From NCBI GenBank assembly GCA_045606105.1, contig JAZURI010000005.1:14620-78619 (forward strand): a stretch of 64,000 nt of DNA. The letters run 5' to 3'. This document shows positions 37,828 to 47,795 of the stretch, one piece after another. Numbering within the stretch: the first letter of the stretch is position 1; every line of letters starts with the position of its first letter. The notes under the pieces are model-generated. The model was given only the letters and a program-made list of their open reading frames with translations. It was not told the DNA's origin and made no database searches. Made by a program: the position numbers and the translations under genes. Origin of the DNA: Spirochaetia bacterium (GTDB taxonomy: Bacteria > Spirochaetota > Spirochaetia > CADAEX01).

Positions 37828-38539
37828 AATATTTAAAGCTGAAATCCACAGGCTTTTCCAGAGTCAGGAATCTCACCGCAGGAATCTTCACCTTAAGAAG
37901 GTTTCCCTTGTATTCGCCCATGTCGGCGGAGATGATATTGCCCGGAGCCCTGATATTGAGCTGTACGTAGGAGCTCTCCACAATCTGCTCGGCGGTGGTG
38001 GAATTATCCAAATAATCTGAAAAGACATAATCAATAAGTGCAGTATATTCCTCGCCGGTATAAGGGTTGTCGGTCTGAGGTGCCAGTGCGGAAAGGACAG
38101 GATTGCCGCTGATTCCGAAAACCGTATCAATGGCCTCGTAGTTGTCGGCTCCCAGATGGAAGGTTACCTTGCGCTCTCCGTCGGAGTCTTCGAATTTCAG
38201 AATCGGAACATATTCGGAAGGGAGAACCCTGGTGAAGTCTCCGCTTCTGATAATGAGCTTGAGTCTCGATTCTTCGGGAGAAACCACCGAAACCGGCTCT
38301 GTGTCGGGATATCCCGAAATGGCAGAGGAGATGTCCTCTGTGTTGAAGATTCCTTCGGAAGCACTTTTACCTGTGGCCTCCGAAAGATCGTTGATATATT
38401 TTACGAAAACAGGATTAAGCTCCAGGTCCACAAAGACCTCACCTCCGTTACCGGACTTTATACCGATATCCTGTCTGACAGTACATCCGGCAGTAACCAG
38501 GATGGCAAGGCAGAGAAGAAGGAGCTTCAGCTTTCTCAT
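37820..38539 (-). CDS. Hypothetical lipoprotein
   Basis: MRKLK, hydrophobic core, TAGC lipobox. Confidence 0.75.
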   Translation of the reverse strand: MRKLKLLLLCLAILVTAGCTVRQDIGIKSGNGGEVFVDLELNPVFVKYINDLSEATGKSASEGIFNTEDISSAISGYPDTEPVSVVSPEESRLKLIIRSGDFTRVLPSEYVPILKFEDSDGERKVTFHLGADNYEAIDTVFGISGNPVLSALAPQTDNPYTGEEYTALIDYVFSDYLDNSTTAEQIVESSYVQLNIRAPGNIISADMGEYKGNLLKVKIPAVRFLTLEKPVDFSFKYSI

Positions 38540-39603
38540 AAGTCAAGTACTGAAAGGTCAGGAATGGAAGAGTATACCGGTACGGTTTCTATACTCTTGG
38601 CCCCGAGCTTTATAAGCTGATATCTTACAACGGCAATAGGCTTTTCCTTGCTGTTGACCTCCAGCTGGATACAATACTGGGAGAATCTGCTTCCCTGTAT
38701 GATTGTAGGCTCATCGGCATAGAGATTGTTTTCCCTGAGATATGCCCTGATTCCCTCCTCGGCCTCTGTAGGAACATTGAAGTAAAGCATTACCTTGTTT
38801 TCGGCATTTACGGTACCGTAAAGGTTGATAAGGAACATCTTGAGGAGCTCCATCTTTGCAGGAGACTTCTTTACCTCGGATGAAATCCAGATTCCGGTTT
38901 CTGAGGAGAACACCCACTCCAGGATCTTGAGACCGTAGTTTCTGAGGGCACTGCCGGACTGTGTTATTTCCAGACCGATATCTGCGCCGCCGTTCCTGAG
39001 CTTTGCCTCTGTCTTTCCCCAGGTTTCGTAGATGATAAGACCGCAGCCATCCTTGGCAGGTGTCTTGTATTTCTGGATAGACCACTTGAAGAACTTCTCC
39101 GGTGCACCGATTTTCCTGAGCTTTTCGGTAATCCAGTTGAGAGCTGTGTAAGGGAGCTCTGTAACCACGGAAATCTGTTCCTTCCTTTTGATGAGGTTTT
39201 CAAGGAATTCCTCGGTGGTGCTTTCGGAAAATGATCCGTCCACAATTCCCACCAGGTTTATGTTTCCCCTATGGAGGGAAAGCACCTTTTCAGGAGCAAT
39301 CTTTATTCCGTATTCGATTTCCATTTCCAGCTTGCGCTCCATAAGCCAGTCATCGCCGGTAATGGCTACATCCAGTTCATTCAGTGCCAGCTGAGGACCG
39401 AATTCCTGAGGACGGCCGTCCCAGCCGAAAAGAAAGTTCACGGATGTGAAGCTTGTAGGTCCGCCCGCATCATAACCCTTGGCAGGAAATCCGGCCTTTG
39501 CAAGAAGGTCCACCAGGTTTCCCCCTCTTGTAGGATTGGCCAGTGATCCGGCAGGCATGCCGATTACAAGTTTTTCTTCGTTATTCATTGTTATCTCCAA
39601 CAT
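38536..39603 (-). CDS. hisG: ATP phosphoribosyltransferase, divergent long form
   Basis: IGMPAGSL, RPQE, DVAITGDDW, WGKTEAK, EITQSGSALRNYGL; coupled to hisI. Confidence 0.82.
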   Translation of the reverse strand: MLEITMNNEEKLVIGMPAGSLANPTRGGNLVDLLAKAGFPAKGYDAGGPTSFTSVNFLFGWDGRPQEFGPQLALNELDVAITGDDWLMERKLEMEIEYGIKIAPEKVLSLHRGNINLVGIVDGSFSESTTEEFLENLIKRKEQISVVTELPYTALNWITEKLRKIGAPEKFFKWSIQKYKTPAKDGCGLIIYETWGKTEAKLRNGGADIGLEITQSGSALRNYGLKILEWVFSSETGIWISSEVKKSPAKMELLKMFLINLYGTVNAENKVMLYFNVPTEAEEGIRAYLRENNLYADEPTIIQGSRFSQYCIQLEVNSKEKPIAVVRYQLIKLGAKSIETVPVYSSIPDLSVLDL

Positions 39604-39992
39604 TATTTTTCTATAGTTTCCAGAGTTCCGTCACCGTTCAGTCTGCGGTAATAGCAGGAAGTATGGGAATCGCCGTTTTCCTTCTTTGCATGGCAGGCAC
39701 CCTTGCCCATGGGGGTCACGAGAAACAGGAATGAATTCTGTTCGCAGTTGATCCTTATCTCTTCAACCCTGAGCATGTCCCCGGAGGTAAGTCCCTTTTT
39801 CCAGAGCTCATTGCGGCTTCTGCTCCAATAGGTGGCATATCCGCTCCTGAGGGTCTCATCCCAGGCTTCCTTGTTGATGAATGAAAGTATCAGTACTTCC
39901 TTTGTTCTGAAATCCTGTGTAACCACGGGAAGAAGCTTCTTTCCGTCTTCACCGAAGTCTGCAAGCAACTCTGTTGTATATTCTTTTTTCAT
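39603..39992 (-). CDS. hisI: Phosphoribosyl-AMP cyclohydrolase
   Basis: YWSRSRNELWKKGLTSG, NCEQNS, ACH...SCYYR. Confidence 0.93.
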   Translation of the reverse strand: MKKEYTTELLADFGEDGKKLLPVVTQDFRTKEVLILSFINKEAWDETLRSGYATYWSRSRNELWKKGLTSGDMLRVEEIRINCEQNSFLFLVTPMGKGACHAKKENGDSHTSCYYRRLNGDGTLETIEK

Positions 39993-40028
39993 ATATTAAG
40001 TATAAAAATTAAATCAGAATATGTCTAT

Positions 40029-40061
40029 ATAAAAAAAAGCTGTACCGGACAAGTACAGCTT
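40029..40061 (-). terminator. Rho-independent terminator
   Basis: AAGCTGTAC-TTGTCCG-GTACAGCTT followed by a T tract on the minus strand. Confidence 0.8.
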
Positions 40062-40240
40062 CTATTTGCAGAAATATGAAACAGGGGATAACATATTTCG
40101 TTTAGCCAAAAGGGATGCAGAGTGAAATTGAACCAATCTCCTCTGCATCTAAAAGAGGATGAAAAGAATATCTTAAAGAAATGTGATTCAAAACCCAAAA
40201 AACTATACCAAAATTACCACACTTCTTCTTTATCTTTATG
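40029..40240 (-). ncRNA. Candidate small RNA (~210 nt)
   Basis: TTGCAA-N17-GATAAT promoter (40246-40274), two internal hairpins, own terminator, no RBS-led ORF. Confidence 0.5.
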
Positions 40241-40322
40241 ATGTTATTATCATTCCAAAATTGATAACTTGCAAGATGGGAAAATACCCATTTTTTGATA
40301 CGGTTTTGGGATAAAATATAAA

Positions 40323-41309
40323 TCAGTTGAGAAGGCCGGCATCTTTCATGTACTTTGCCGCACCGGGATGCATAGGGACAGGAATACGCCGCTTGATATA
40401 GACCTTGGCATTTTTTTCGTTATACACAGGAAAGAAATTGTTAATGTACTTTATGTTCTCAAACCAGGTTTTGGATATTGTATAGGCCATTTCATCAGAC
40501 ATATCCGGGGTGCAGGCCAGGAAGGTGCTTGATTCAAAAACCCGGGGGCTTTCCCCGTTTTCAGACCGGCCTGCCAGCGGATTCTCTATGGAATCGGTAA
40601 AGAAAACAGGGTAAACGGAAATGAACTCCCTTAACTTGTTGCTTTCGTACAGCGGAACCGGCTGGCTCAGGATACCTATACCGCTTACCAGATGCTTGTC
40701 CCGGCCCGAATATCCGTACCCCATGTTGTACCAGATAAAGTCGGTCTGGCCGTTTTTCAGCATTCTCAGCCCCTCCTGGGGATCCACCCTGTAAATCTTT
40801 GTATTGGAGGAGTTGATGCCGTTGAGACCAAGAAAATAGGAAAAAAGGTTGCCTGTTACCGAATCCACGGTATTTATGGCAATGGTGGCACCCTGCAGAT
40901 CCTTTAATTTCCTGATCTGGCTTTTCATACTGGCTATACCGTCGTATACGGAAGGAAATATTCCGAAAAGACACCGCAGCTCCTGAGGGCCGTCCCAGTA
41001 TGTCGGATGACCGATATATGCCATATAGGCCTCCGGACCGGAGATTATGGCCAGCTCTGCAGAACCGTCAAGCAGGGCCTTTATCCTGTCGTTTTCATTA
41101 GGACAGTCCGACTCGTTTACCGAAATATATTCCGTATTATAGTTGATCAGTCCCTCAAGAACAGACCCCACCAGAAAGAACGGGGAGTTCATATAAGAGG
41201 ATTTGATTGTAATATCTGTTCTCACCACCTGCTTTTCCTGGCTCTTGTATTCCCGGCAGGAAACGAGAAAAACCGGTATAAGCAGGAATAAAACAACCTT
41301 TCTAAACAT
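40323..41309 (-). CDS. TAXI family TRAP solute-binding lipoprotein
   Basis: LVSC lipobox; AYMAY.G, LRCLFGIFP, DLQG, C-terminal PVPMHPGAAKYMKDAG. Confidence 0.82.
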   Translation of the reverse strand: MFRKVVLFLLIPVFLVSCREYKSQEKQVVRTDITIKSSYMNSPFFLVGSVLEGLINYNTEYISVNESDCPNENDRIKALLDGSAELAIISGPEAYMAYIGHPTYWDGPQELRCLFGIFPSVYDGIASMKSQIRKLKDLQGATIAINTVDSVTGNLFSYFLGLNGINSSNTKIYRVDPQEGLRMLKNGQTDFIWYNMGYGYSGRDKHLVSGIGILSQPVPLYESNKLREFISVYPVFFTDSIENPLAGRSENGESPRVFESSTFLACTPDMSDEMAYTISKTWFENIKYINNFFPVYNEKNAKVYIKRRIPVPMHPGAAKYMKDAGLLN

Positions 41310-41964
41310 CTATGAGTCCTATACTGATGGCGTATCTGATAAGCTCTGTCATATTCTTGCATTTAAGCTTCACCATGATACTGCCCTTGTGGTTTTCCAC
41401 TGTCTTTGAGCTGATAAAAAGCTCCTCCGCAATATCCTTTATGGAAACACCGTCGATAAGCAGCTTGAGAATCTGCTGTTCCCTGAGCGAAAGCTTGGTG
41501 TATGCAGACTTGCTGTCCTCGGCAATCTCCACATCATCCTTGGTAATAAGGGATTTGATTACCTTGTTGGAAATGTAGCTGTCGATATAGATTTCACCGT
41601 TGTAGACCTTTTCTATGGCATCTGCCAGGTTTTCGGGAGAGGATTCCTTCAGTATGTACCCTTTGACCCCGTTCTCCACCGCCTCCAGGATATACTCGAT
41701 CTTGGAATAGGCTGTAATGATGATAATCTTCAGCTCCGGCATCTCTCCCAGAAGCTTTCTTGCCAGCACCAGCCCTGAGCTGCCGTGAAGTGAAATATCC
41801 AGAAGCAGGATATCGGGCTTGTTTTCCATTACCGCATAATAGCCGTCATCCACATTGTCGCTTTCAGCGATGACCCTGATGTTTGAATCCCTGCTGACAA
41901 TAGCCTTGATTCCTTCTCTCATCAATGCATGGTCTTCAATTATCATAACCCTGATTTCACTCAT
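41302..41964 (-). CDS. NarL/LuxR family response regulator
   Basis: IEDHALMREG, LLDIS, GYILK, LSLREQQIL..IAEELFISSKTVENH. Confidence 0.95.
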   Translation of the reverse strand: MSEIRVMIIEDHALMREGIKAIVSRDSNIRVIAESDNVDDGYYAVMENKPDILLLDISLHGSSGLVLARKLLGEMPELKIIIITAYSKIEYILEAVENGVKGYILKESSPENLADAIEKVYNGEIYIDSYISNKVIKSLITKDDVEIAEDSKSAYTKLSLREQQILKLLIDGVSIKDIAEELFISSKTVENHKGSIMVKLKCKNMTELIRYAISIGLIDV

Positions 41965-43225
41965 CTCTGTCCTCCAGCGGAATTGAAATATTGACTGTTG
42001 TTCCCTTTTCCGGCGACAATTTTATCTTTATGGTTCCCCTTGAGATCCTTACCCTTTCCATCATTCCCTTAAGTCCGGAATGGGCCTTCCCGTCGGAAAC
42101 CTCCAGTGCACTTTCCAGGTCGAAGCCGCTGCCGTTATCAGAAACCTTCAGCAGAAGATTCGGCCACGAAATAATCAGATTCACCTTTACCTCGGTAGCA
42201 TCTGAATGCTTTTCTATATTGGTCAGGAGCTCCTGTACTATACGGTATACATTCAGCTTGATAGGCTTGCTGATGGTAACGGAATCAAGCCCCAGGGAGG
42301 AATAAAGCCCCAGCCGTCCTGTTTTCCGGTCCCAGTTGGCCACATAATCCGAAAGTATGTCATCCAGCTCCTTTTCCAGCTCCGGCGGACGGATTCCGTA
42401 GGAAATGTCCCTGAGCTGCTGAAGCGTACCTGCCAGCATGTCGGTAATGGTACGGAGCTTATCGGCATCTTTTTCGTTTGTATACTGCTTTATCAGATCC
42501 TTGCACAGCATTCTTGAATAGACCATGTCCTGAATTACGGTATCATGGATTTCCAGAACCATAAACCTCTTTTCATCCTCCCTGTGCTCCAGGGATTCAT
42601 TAAGAAGCCTCTTGTATTCAAGGCTGATTCTTTTAGCCTTGGAAAATTTATTGAAGAAATAGACAAACAGGAATGTAAACAGAAAATAGACCACCAGCAG
42701 ACCTATAAGGACATAGCTGAGCATGTTCAGCTGACGCTTGTGGTAGTCGTCCAGAAAGGTGGAGATACTCCTGAGGGTATGCCCGAAGCTGTTGGTATCG
42801 TTGGAAAGCCAGAATATCTGCTCCTCAAAGTTCCTGTAGCTGTTTTCGTTGCTGACAATTTCAAGAAGAAAGAACTTTGTATAGTACCATTGCTGGGTCA
42901 AATCCACGACCAGGCTCCGCAGCTCCTGATTCTTTATTTCCTCCTCCAGTCTGGAGAAGCTTATATCCAGGGTTCGTATATTCATGTTGACATTGGTTTT
43001 CAGCTCCGGTTTCTTGCCTGATGTGATGAAAATGGTGGCGGAGGATTTGGTAAGGAGCCACTGCTCATAAAGCCTGGAGCTCTCTACCCGCCTGTCTATG
43101 TTATCCGACATAACGGAAAAAAAGGATGCGGCAATATATCCGACAAAGCAGAGGAGGAGGATGACAGCAAGGATGATAATCATATAAAGCTGCTTTTCTT
43201 TGTAAAACCGTCGTAAGTTTATCAC
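41957..43225 (-). CDS. Sensor histidine kinase (HisKA_3 type), two TM helices
   Basis: EIHDTVIQ, YRIVQELLTNIEKHS, DNGSGF, GLKGMMERV. Confidence 0.93.
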   Translation of the reverse strand: MINLRRFYKEKQLYMIIILAVILLLCFVGYIAASFFSVMSDNIDRRVESSRLYEQWLLTKSSATIFITSGKKPELKTNVNMNIRTLDISFSRLEEEIKNQELRSLVVDLTQQWYYTKFFLLEIVSNENSYRNFEEQIFWLSNDTNSFGHTLRSISTFLDDYHKRQLNMLSYVLIGLLVVYFLFTFLFVYFFNKFSKAKRISLEYKRLLNESLEHREDEKRFMVLEIHDTVIQDMVYSRMLCKDLIKQYTNEKDADKLRTITDMLAGTLQQLRDISYGIRPPELEKELDDILSDYVANWDRKTGRLGLYSSLGLDSVTISKPIKLNVYRIVQELLTNIEKHSDATEVKVNLIISWPNLLLKVSDNGSGFDLESALEVSDGKAHSGLKGMMERVRISRGTIKIKLSPEKGTTVNISIPLEDRDE

Positions 43226-43288
43226 TGATTATATTTAAACATATAAAACAATATTTTTCAATTATCACATTATATGATATAATCAGTT

Positions 43289-43759
43289 ATGGATAATTTA
43301 CATTCTCTGATGATGGAGGCCGCCGATGCCCTGGAAAGGGGGGATAACGGAAGGGCCAAGGAAATTTTTACGGATATACTGAGCCGTGACGGAAACTACT
43401 TTCCTGCACTTTACAACCTGGGACTGATCTGCTGCGAAGAGGAAAATACCGCAGAGGCGGAAAAATATTTCATGAAGGCCCTGGAGACAAGACCTGATGA
43501 CCCGGACATCCTTACCGAGCTGGGAAACGTATGGCTGAAGGGGGGAGAATCCTCAAAGGCTGAGGAATTCTACAGGAGGGCAGAGGCCGCAGGGGGCTCA
43601 AATGAGGTGCTTTTCAACAATCTGGGGGTCATTTTCTTCAGACGCCAGGATTACCGCGAGGCCAAAAAGCTCTTTAAAAAAGCTCTGGAAATCAATCCCG
43701 ACTACAAGGAAGCCCGGGAAAATACCGCACTTGCAAATTTTTATCTTGCAATGATGTGA
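43289..43759 (+). CDS. TPR repeat protein
   Basis: Repeated ALYNLG / LFNNLG..A...F.KALE..P motifs. Confidence 0.9.
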   Translation: MDNLHSLMMEAADALERGDNGRAKEIFTDILSRDGNYFPALYNLGLICCEEENTAEAEKYFMKALETRPDDPDILTELGNVWLKGGESSKAEEFYRRAEAAGGSNEVLFNNLGVIFFRRQDYREAKKLFKKALEINPDYKEARENTALANFYLAMM

Positions 43760-43781
43760 CCTGATAATATAAGTTTAATCT

Positions 43782-45065
43782 ATGGAATTATATAATACTT
43801 ACGAAGAATACATCGGAGCCCTTGAAGAGAGAGGAGCTCTTCCCGAAGGCTTCAGGACCTCCGTTGTTCCGCTGACATTTTTTCCGGAGGAGAGAGAATT
43901 TGACAAACCTCTTCCAATGAACATGTCCCTTATCATGCTGGACCGGCCTACAGAAAAGTTCGCTGCTGTCTTTACCAGCAACAGATGCCCGGGCGCTCCT
44001 GTCATAATCGGCAGAAAAAGACTCGGAAACAAGCAGATACGGGGTATCATAATCAATAACAAGATAGCAAATGTCTGCATAAGGACAGGGGTGGAGGATT
44101 CTCTTTCCCTGACAGAAAAGCTGGCTGAAACCGTGGGTGCCGATCCGGAGGAATTCTTTCCTTGCTCCACCGGCATTATCGGATGGAGACTGCCGGCAGA
44201 AGAGATGAAAAAGAATATTCCGGCTCTGGTTGCAGGGCTTGAAGGGGGAACTGCCGTAAAGCTGGCCAAGGGAATAATGACTACCGATGCTTTTCCGAAG
44301 CTCAGGTCCGTGCAGGTAGGCTCGGGAAGAATCGTGGCTGTAGCAAAAGGGGCGGGAATGATCGAACCTAACATGGCTACCATGCTTGCATATATAATGA
44401 CAGATATCGATATGGAGAGGGACTTTCTCAGAAAGTGTCTCAGCCGTGTGGTAAACAGAAGCTTCAACTGCATCTCGGTAGACAGCGACCAGAGCACCAG
44501 CGACACAGCCATACTCCTTAGCTCCGGAACAAAACCGGCCGTTTCGGAGGAGCTGTTTGAGGAGGCTCTCATTACCGTATGCGCACAGTTGGCCGAAGAT
44601 ATCGTCAGAAATGCCGAAGGAACAGGCCATGTCATAAAGGTTGAGGTTACAGGGGCCTGTGACGATGCAACCGCAAAAGCAGTCGGCAAGGCTGTAATCA
44701 ACTCTCCGCTGGTAACCACTGCCGTTTTCGGCAATGACCCTAATGTTGGACGTCTTGTTTCATCGGTGGGAGACTATATGGGAAACCACGGTCTTGATTT
44801 TGATAAGGACAGGATGCTTCTGAAGCTGGGCGATGAAACCGTATTTATGGACGGAGCCTTCTGTGTAGACAAGGAAAAAGAGGAAAAGCTTTCCGCCTAC
44901 ATGAAGGAACGGGCACTGGATTCGGATCACAAGACCTTTCCAGCCCATAACCTTACCGTAGATGTTTTCTACAGGCTGAGCGAAGAGGGAACCGGATGTG
45001 CCACAGTAAAGGGAACAGACCTTTCCTACGGATATGTAAAAGAGAATGCGGACTACAGATCCTGA
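43782..45065 (+). CDS. argJ: Bifunctional glutamate N-acetyltransferase / amino-acid acetyltransferase
   Basis: STGIIG, IMTTD, AKGAGMIEPNMATML, SVDSDQSTSD, GNDPNVGR, NADYRS. Confidence 0.95.
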   Translation: MELYNTYEEYIGALEERGALPEGFRTSVVPLTFFPEEREFDKPLPMNMSLIMLDRPTEKFAAVFTSNRCPGAPVIIGRKRLGNKQIRGIIINNKIANVCIRTGVEDSLSLTEKLAETVGADPEEFFPCSTGIIGWRLPAEEMKKNIPALVAGLEGGTAVKLAKGIMTTDAFPKLRSVQVGSGRIVAVAKGAGMIEPNMATMLAYIMTDIDMERDFLRKCLSRVVNRSFNCISVDSDQSTSDTAILLSSGTKPAVSEELFEEALITVCAQLAEDIVRNAEGTGHVIKVEVTGACDDATAKAVGKAVINSPLVTTAVFGNDPNVGRLVSSVGDYMGNHGLDFDKDRMLLKLGDETVFMDGAFCVDKEKEEKLSAYMKERALDSDHKTFPAHNLTVDVFYRLSEEGTGCATVKGTDLSYGYVKENADYRS

Positions 45066-45465
45066 TGACAAAAGGGATTTCGGCTCAATTTTCGCGGAAT
45101 GGGAAAAAAGGGCCGGATCCTCAGGGGCACTGGCCCGAAGCATAAAGGAAAAGAAGCAGGCCGAAAGACCGGCTGCAGTTCAGATTTCCGAAAAACAGCT
45201 GAAAACAGACGATACCCTGGATCTTCACGGCATGACTGTGGCAGAGGCTGAAAAAGCCATGGCTTCCTTCATTTATCTTGCTGCAGCAAAAAAATACAGA
45301 AAGGTACTTATTATCCATGGAAAAGGAATCCACTCAAAGGATGGACCTGTAATGAGACAGACAGTGATAAATTTTCTGGAAAAATGCCCGAAGGCAGGAA
45401 AGCACGGAACCCCCTCCGCCGCAGAGGGTGGATCGGGAGCCACATGGGTTATTATAAAAGGATAA
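45046..45465 (+). CDS. Smr/MutS2 C-terminal domain protein
   Basis: LDLHGMT, IIHGKG, GGSGATWV. Confidence 0.92.
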   Translation: MRTTDPDDKRDFGSIFAEWEKRAGSSGALARSIKEKKQAERPAAVQISEKQLKTDDTLDLHGMTVAEAEKAMASFIYLAAAKKYRKVLIIHGKGIHSKDGPVMRQTVINFLEKCPKAGKHGTPSAAEGGSGATWVIIKG

Positions 45466-45684
45466 TTATTTTTCTCTGAAGATAATTCTTCCCCGTGTAA
45501 GGTCGTATGGGGAAAGTGCGATTCTTACCTTATCGCCCGGTACTATACGGATATAGAATTTTCTCATCTTGCCTGACAGATGTGCCAGGATAACATGACC
45601 GTTCTTGAGCTCAACCTTGAACATTGTATTCGGGAGAGCCTCTTTTACTATTCCTTCAATCTCTATAGCTTCTTCTTTTGCCAA
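45466..45684 (-). CDS. infA: Translation initiation factor IF-1
   Basis: [23 protein letters not shown]...AHLSGKMR; TTG start with GAGGA RBS. Confidence 0.98.
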   Translation of the reverse strand: MAKEEAIEIEGIVKEALPNTMFKVELKNGHVILAHLSGKMRKFYIRIVPGDKVRIALSPYDLTRGRIIFREK

Positions 45685-45786
45685 GATGTTCCTCTTTAAG
45701 ATTATGAGTATTTAAGATTATTAAATATTTATATTGTTAATCAAAGGCTTTGTCAATGTCATAAAATCTGTTGTATAATAATGACC

Positions 45787-46404
45787 ATGATAATTTCGGC
45801 AGGGACAGCTTACACAGACAACACCTCATACAGCGGCCATCACGAAGCGGGTCTGCAACTTCTGCATTCCGTATGGCCTGAAAAGGAAATGCCGGAAATT
45901 AAGGTGGAAGAATCGGGCCGCCCTTTCCAGACCCTTTATCCGAGGCTGGATTTCAATATCTCACACTCAGGAAACCTGGCTGCCTGCATTGTTGCAGAGG
46001 GCAAGGTAGGCTGTGATATCCAGACCATGAAAAGGAAATTTTATCCTGCAGCCGCAAAGCGGTTCTTTCATCCCGGAGAGTATGACTATATAGAGCAGGC
46101 TGCCGACGAAAAGGAGAGGAAAAAACGGTTTTATACTCTGTGGGTGCTTAAGGAGGCCCATGTGAAGCTTCTGGGAACATCAGTCACGGAAATCGGCAGA
46201 ACCCCTGAATTTTCGGTTGAAAACGGAAAGCTGTCATGCAGGGGAGCGCATTTTTATTATGCAGTTTATCGGAATGAGGATTATATGCTGGCCTTTGCCT
46301 TTGAAAAGGAGTATTGTCTGCAGGATATTGAAATCCGGCATTTCGGGGAAAATAATGTTAAATTCACCTATTTTCTTTCAAATATGCAGAGGGTAAAGTC
46401 CTGA
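45787..46404 (+). CDS. 4'-phosphopantetheinyl transferase (Sfp type); start 45781 or 45787
   Basis: GRP, FNISHSG, VGCDIQ, FYTLWVLKEA. Confidence 0.9.
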   Translation: MIISAGTAYTDNTSYSGHHEAGLQLLHSVWPEKEMPEIKVEESGRPFQTLYPRLDFNISHSGNLAACIVAEGKVGCDIQTMKRKFYPAAAKRFFHPGEYDYIEQAADEKERKKRFYTLWVLKEAHVKLLGTSVTEIGRTPEFSVENGKLSCRGAHFYYAVYRNEDYMLAFAFEKEYCLQDIEIRHFGENNVKFTYFLSNMQRVKS

Positions 46405-46844
46405 AATTCCTCAGTTCCCACAATTTTCCAGATATTTTCATCAATTTCGGGAAAAAAGGTATCACCTTCATATTCATTATGGATCTTTGAGATATAAAGC
46501 CGGTCTGCACGCCCTATCATCTGGCTGTAAATGTTGGCACCTCCGATTATGAACACCTGTTCAGGCCCGGTCTGTGCCGCTGCCAGAGCCTCATCCAACG
46601 AGCGGAAATAAAGAATTCCTTCTGTTTTGTCCTCTTCACGGATACTTCCGGAAACAACCATGTTGATCCGTTTCGGAAGAGGACGACCGATGGATTCAAA
46701 GGTCCTGCGCCCCATGATTACGATATTGCCCAGAGTATGCCGCTTGAAAAGCTTAAGATCCTCCGGAAGATTCCATGGCATGGTACCATCCTTGCCTATA
46801 ACCCTTGAAGGGGTCATTGCTGCTATAATGTTTATCTCTTTCAT
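46368..46844 (-). CDS. folA: Dihydrofolate reductase; likely start 46844
   Basis: IG..G.MPWNLPEDL..FK, IMGRRTFESIGRPLPKR, IIGGA, EGDTFFP. Confidence 0.95.
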   Translation of the reverse strand: MKEINIIAAMTPSRVIGKDGTMPWNLPEDLKLFKRHTLGNIVIMGRRTFESIGRPLPKRINMVVSGSIREEDKTEGILYFRSLDEALAAAQTGPEQVFIIGGANIYSQMIGRADRLYISKIHNEYEGDTFFPEIDENIWKIVGTEEFQDFTLCIFERK

Positions 46845-46895
46845 AGATTGTTTCCCTGAAATAATCTTTGCACATAAAAGGGAAAATGACAAGGC

Positions 46896-46925
46896 AAAAA
46901 AATTCCCTGCCTTGCGACAGGGATT
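46896..46925 (-). terminator. Terminator after thyA
   Basis: TCCCTG-N8-CAGGGA hairpin plus T tract on the minus strand. Confidence 0.6.
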
Positions 46926-46931
46926 GTATAA

Positions 46932-47795
46932 TTATACGGCAACACCGAACCTGATGAAGCCCTGGGGCTCGTACCCCTCCAGAGTTATGTCTTCAAAGGT
47001 CAGCTCATCAAAAGGCTTGTCCGCTATCTTTACCGTCGGAAGCCTGCCCGGTGTACGGGTCAGCTGTTCCTTCAGGCCGTCGATATGGTTTTCGTAGATA
47101 TGGGCATCTATCAGGGTATGGGCAAATTCGCCCGGTTCAAAGCCTGTTTCCTTGGCTATCATCATGGTAAGGAGGGAATAGCAGGCAATATTGAAAGGGA
47201 CTCCCAGTGCAATATCTGCAGAACGCTGTGTCAGATGACAGTTAAGCTTGTTTCCGCTTACATTGAAGCAGAAGGAATAATGGCAGGGAGGAAGCTTGCT
47301 CTCTGCAGCATTGGCCGGATGCCAGGCTGTACACACAAGTCTTCTCAGGGCAGCCGCCTCGGGATTCTTTTTTATTTCCTTCAGGGAATCTATGATATAA
47401 CGGATCTGGTCAAAGGTTCTCTCTCCTGTTACCGGGTCGGCAGAGGTCCATTTTTCACCCCAGTTCTCCCCCGGAAGCCCCTGTGCAGGGACAGGATAAC
47501 GGCGCCAGAAGCGGCCGTATGCAGTTTCAAGAAGCCCCTCCTCGTCGGCCCAGGCATCCCATATTTTTGTATGCTCGCGGAGGTTTCTTATATGCTCCTC
47601 GCCGGAAAGATACCAGAAAAGCTCCCGCAGCATGGAATTGAAATAGACCTTCTTGGTGGTCAGCAGGGGAAATCCCTCAGAAATATTTATTTTATAGAAG
47701 GCGGCAAAACAGCTGAGTGTTGCTACACCGGTCCTGTTTACCTTCCTTTCACCATTTTCAAGAACATATTTTACCAGATCAAGATACTGCTTCAT
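46932..47795 (-). CDS. thyA: Thymidylate synthase
   Basis: RTG, FPLLTTKKV, IWDAWAD, LPPCH, QRSADIALGVPFNIA, DAHIYENH. Confidence 0.97.
   Translation of the reverse strand: MKQYLDLVKYVLENGERKVNRTGVATLSCFAAFYKINISEGFPLLTTKKVYFNSMLRELFWYLSGEEHIRNLREHTKIWDAWADEEGLLETAYGRFWRRYPVPAQGLPGENWGEKWTSADPVTGERTFDQIRYIIDSLKEIKKNPEAAALRRLVCTAWHPANAAESKLPPCHYSFCFNVSGNKLNCHLTQRSADIALGVPFNIACYSLLTMMIAKETGFEPGEFAHTLIDAHIYENHIDGLKEQLTRTPGRLPTVKIADKPFDELTFEDITLEGYEPQGFIRFGVAV

Noticed and set aside
43788-44734. Two long antisense ORFs over argJ
   Set aside because: Shadow ORFs with no protein-like features
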